Shown: positions 63,751 to 64,000 of the stretch, in pieces
How positions within the stretch are numbered: position 1 is the stretch's first letter
How the letters are laid out: each line of letters begins with the position of its first letter
Source: Batkoa obscura
Taxonomy: Eukaryota
Reading direction: 5' to 3'
Length of the DNA: 64,000 nt
Assembly: GCA_030770535.1 (NCBI GenBank)
Contig: JASVEC010000020.1
Coordinates: 558,001-622,000, forward strand
Made by a program: the position numbers and the translations under genes
Notes under the pieces: generated by a model
What the model was told of the DNA's origin: nothing
Database searches by the model: none
Seen by the model: the letters and a program-made list of their open reading frames with translations, nothing else

Positions 63751-64000
63751 ATGAACTCTTTTACTTATGTGATAGGATTATTTTTAATTAGTACAATATA
63801 TTCTAATATCATATTAGAACAAAATGATTTGAATACTTTAACTCAACAAAACAACCCTCCTTGGTCACAGCAAATTAGCTCTCCTATTCTGATAAAAAAA
63901 AACATCACAAATCATATAGCAAAAAGAAGTGATAAATGGTATAATAAGCGAATCATAAACAACACGCTTAAACCAGATATAAGTGCCGTTATAAGATACG
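63751..64000 (+). CDS. 5' part of another subfamily-B lipase (runs off the window)
   Basis: Open frame MNSFTYVIGLFLISTIYS...KWYNKRIINNTLKPDISAVIRY matches KWYSKQITDNTLKPSIKDAIKH in the 59-60 kb copy. Confidence 0.75.
   Translation, partial: MNSFTYVIGLFLISTIYSNIILEQNDLNTLTQQNNPPWSQQISSPILIKKNITNHIAKRSDKWYNKRIINNTLKPDISAVIRY

Noticed and set aside
21125..64000. Secondary-metabolite gene cluster
   Set aside because: There is no backbone enzyme (PKS, NRPS or terpene synthase), tailoring set or cluster regulator.

Overview
This is very AT-rich eukaryotic genomic DNA with short (~45-60 nt) GT-AG introns and fungal-type genes. The composition and the expanded lipase, trypsin and F-box/LRR genes suggest an early-diverging fungus such as a Conidiobolus-like Entomophthoromycotina (inference only). 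Housekeeping blocks contain CK1, an acetyl-CoA transporter, a DUF4112 protein, ERG6, MEF1, three complex I accessory subunits, DNA2, PHO88/SND3, ICL1, NAP1, a PDK/BCKDK-family kinase, a PEX22-like gene, a CDC11-type septin and tRNA-Ala(UGC). Two accessory blocks (~13-22.5 kb and ~49-64 kb) hold a tandem array of four Cys-rich two-repeat genes that I do not recognise (one intact, three decayed), six class-3 lipase genes, two disrupted F-box/LRR genes, a 2.45-kb TIR transposon with an intact DDD-type (Sola-like) transposase, and a decayed second copy of it. At least eight ~100-bp MITEs sharing the transposon's ends and AWWT target sites are scattered through the window. Also notable is a stand-alone MIR-domain protein with no signal peptide. 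All family calls come from motif recognition, not database searches.
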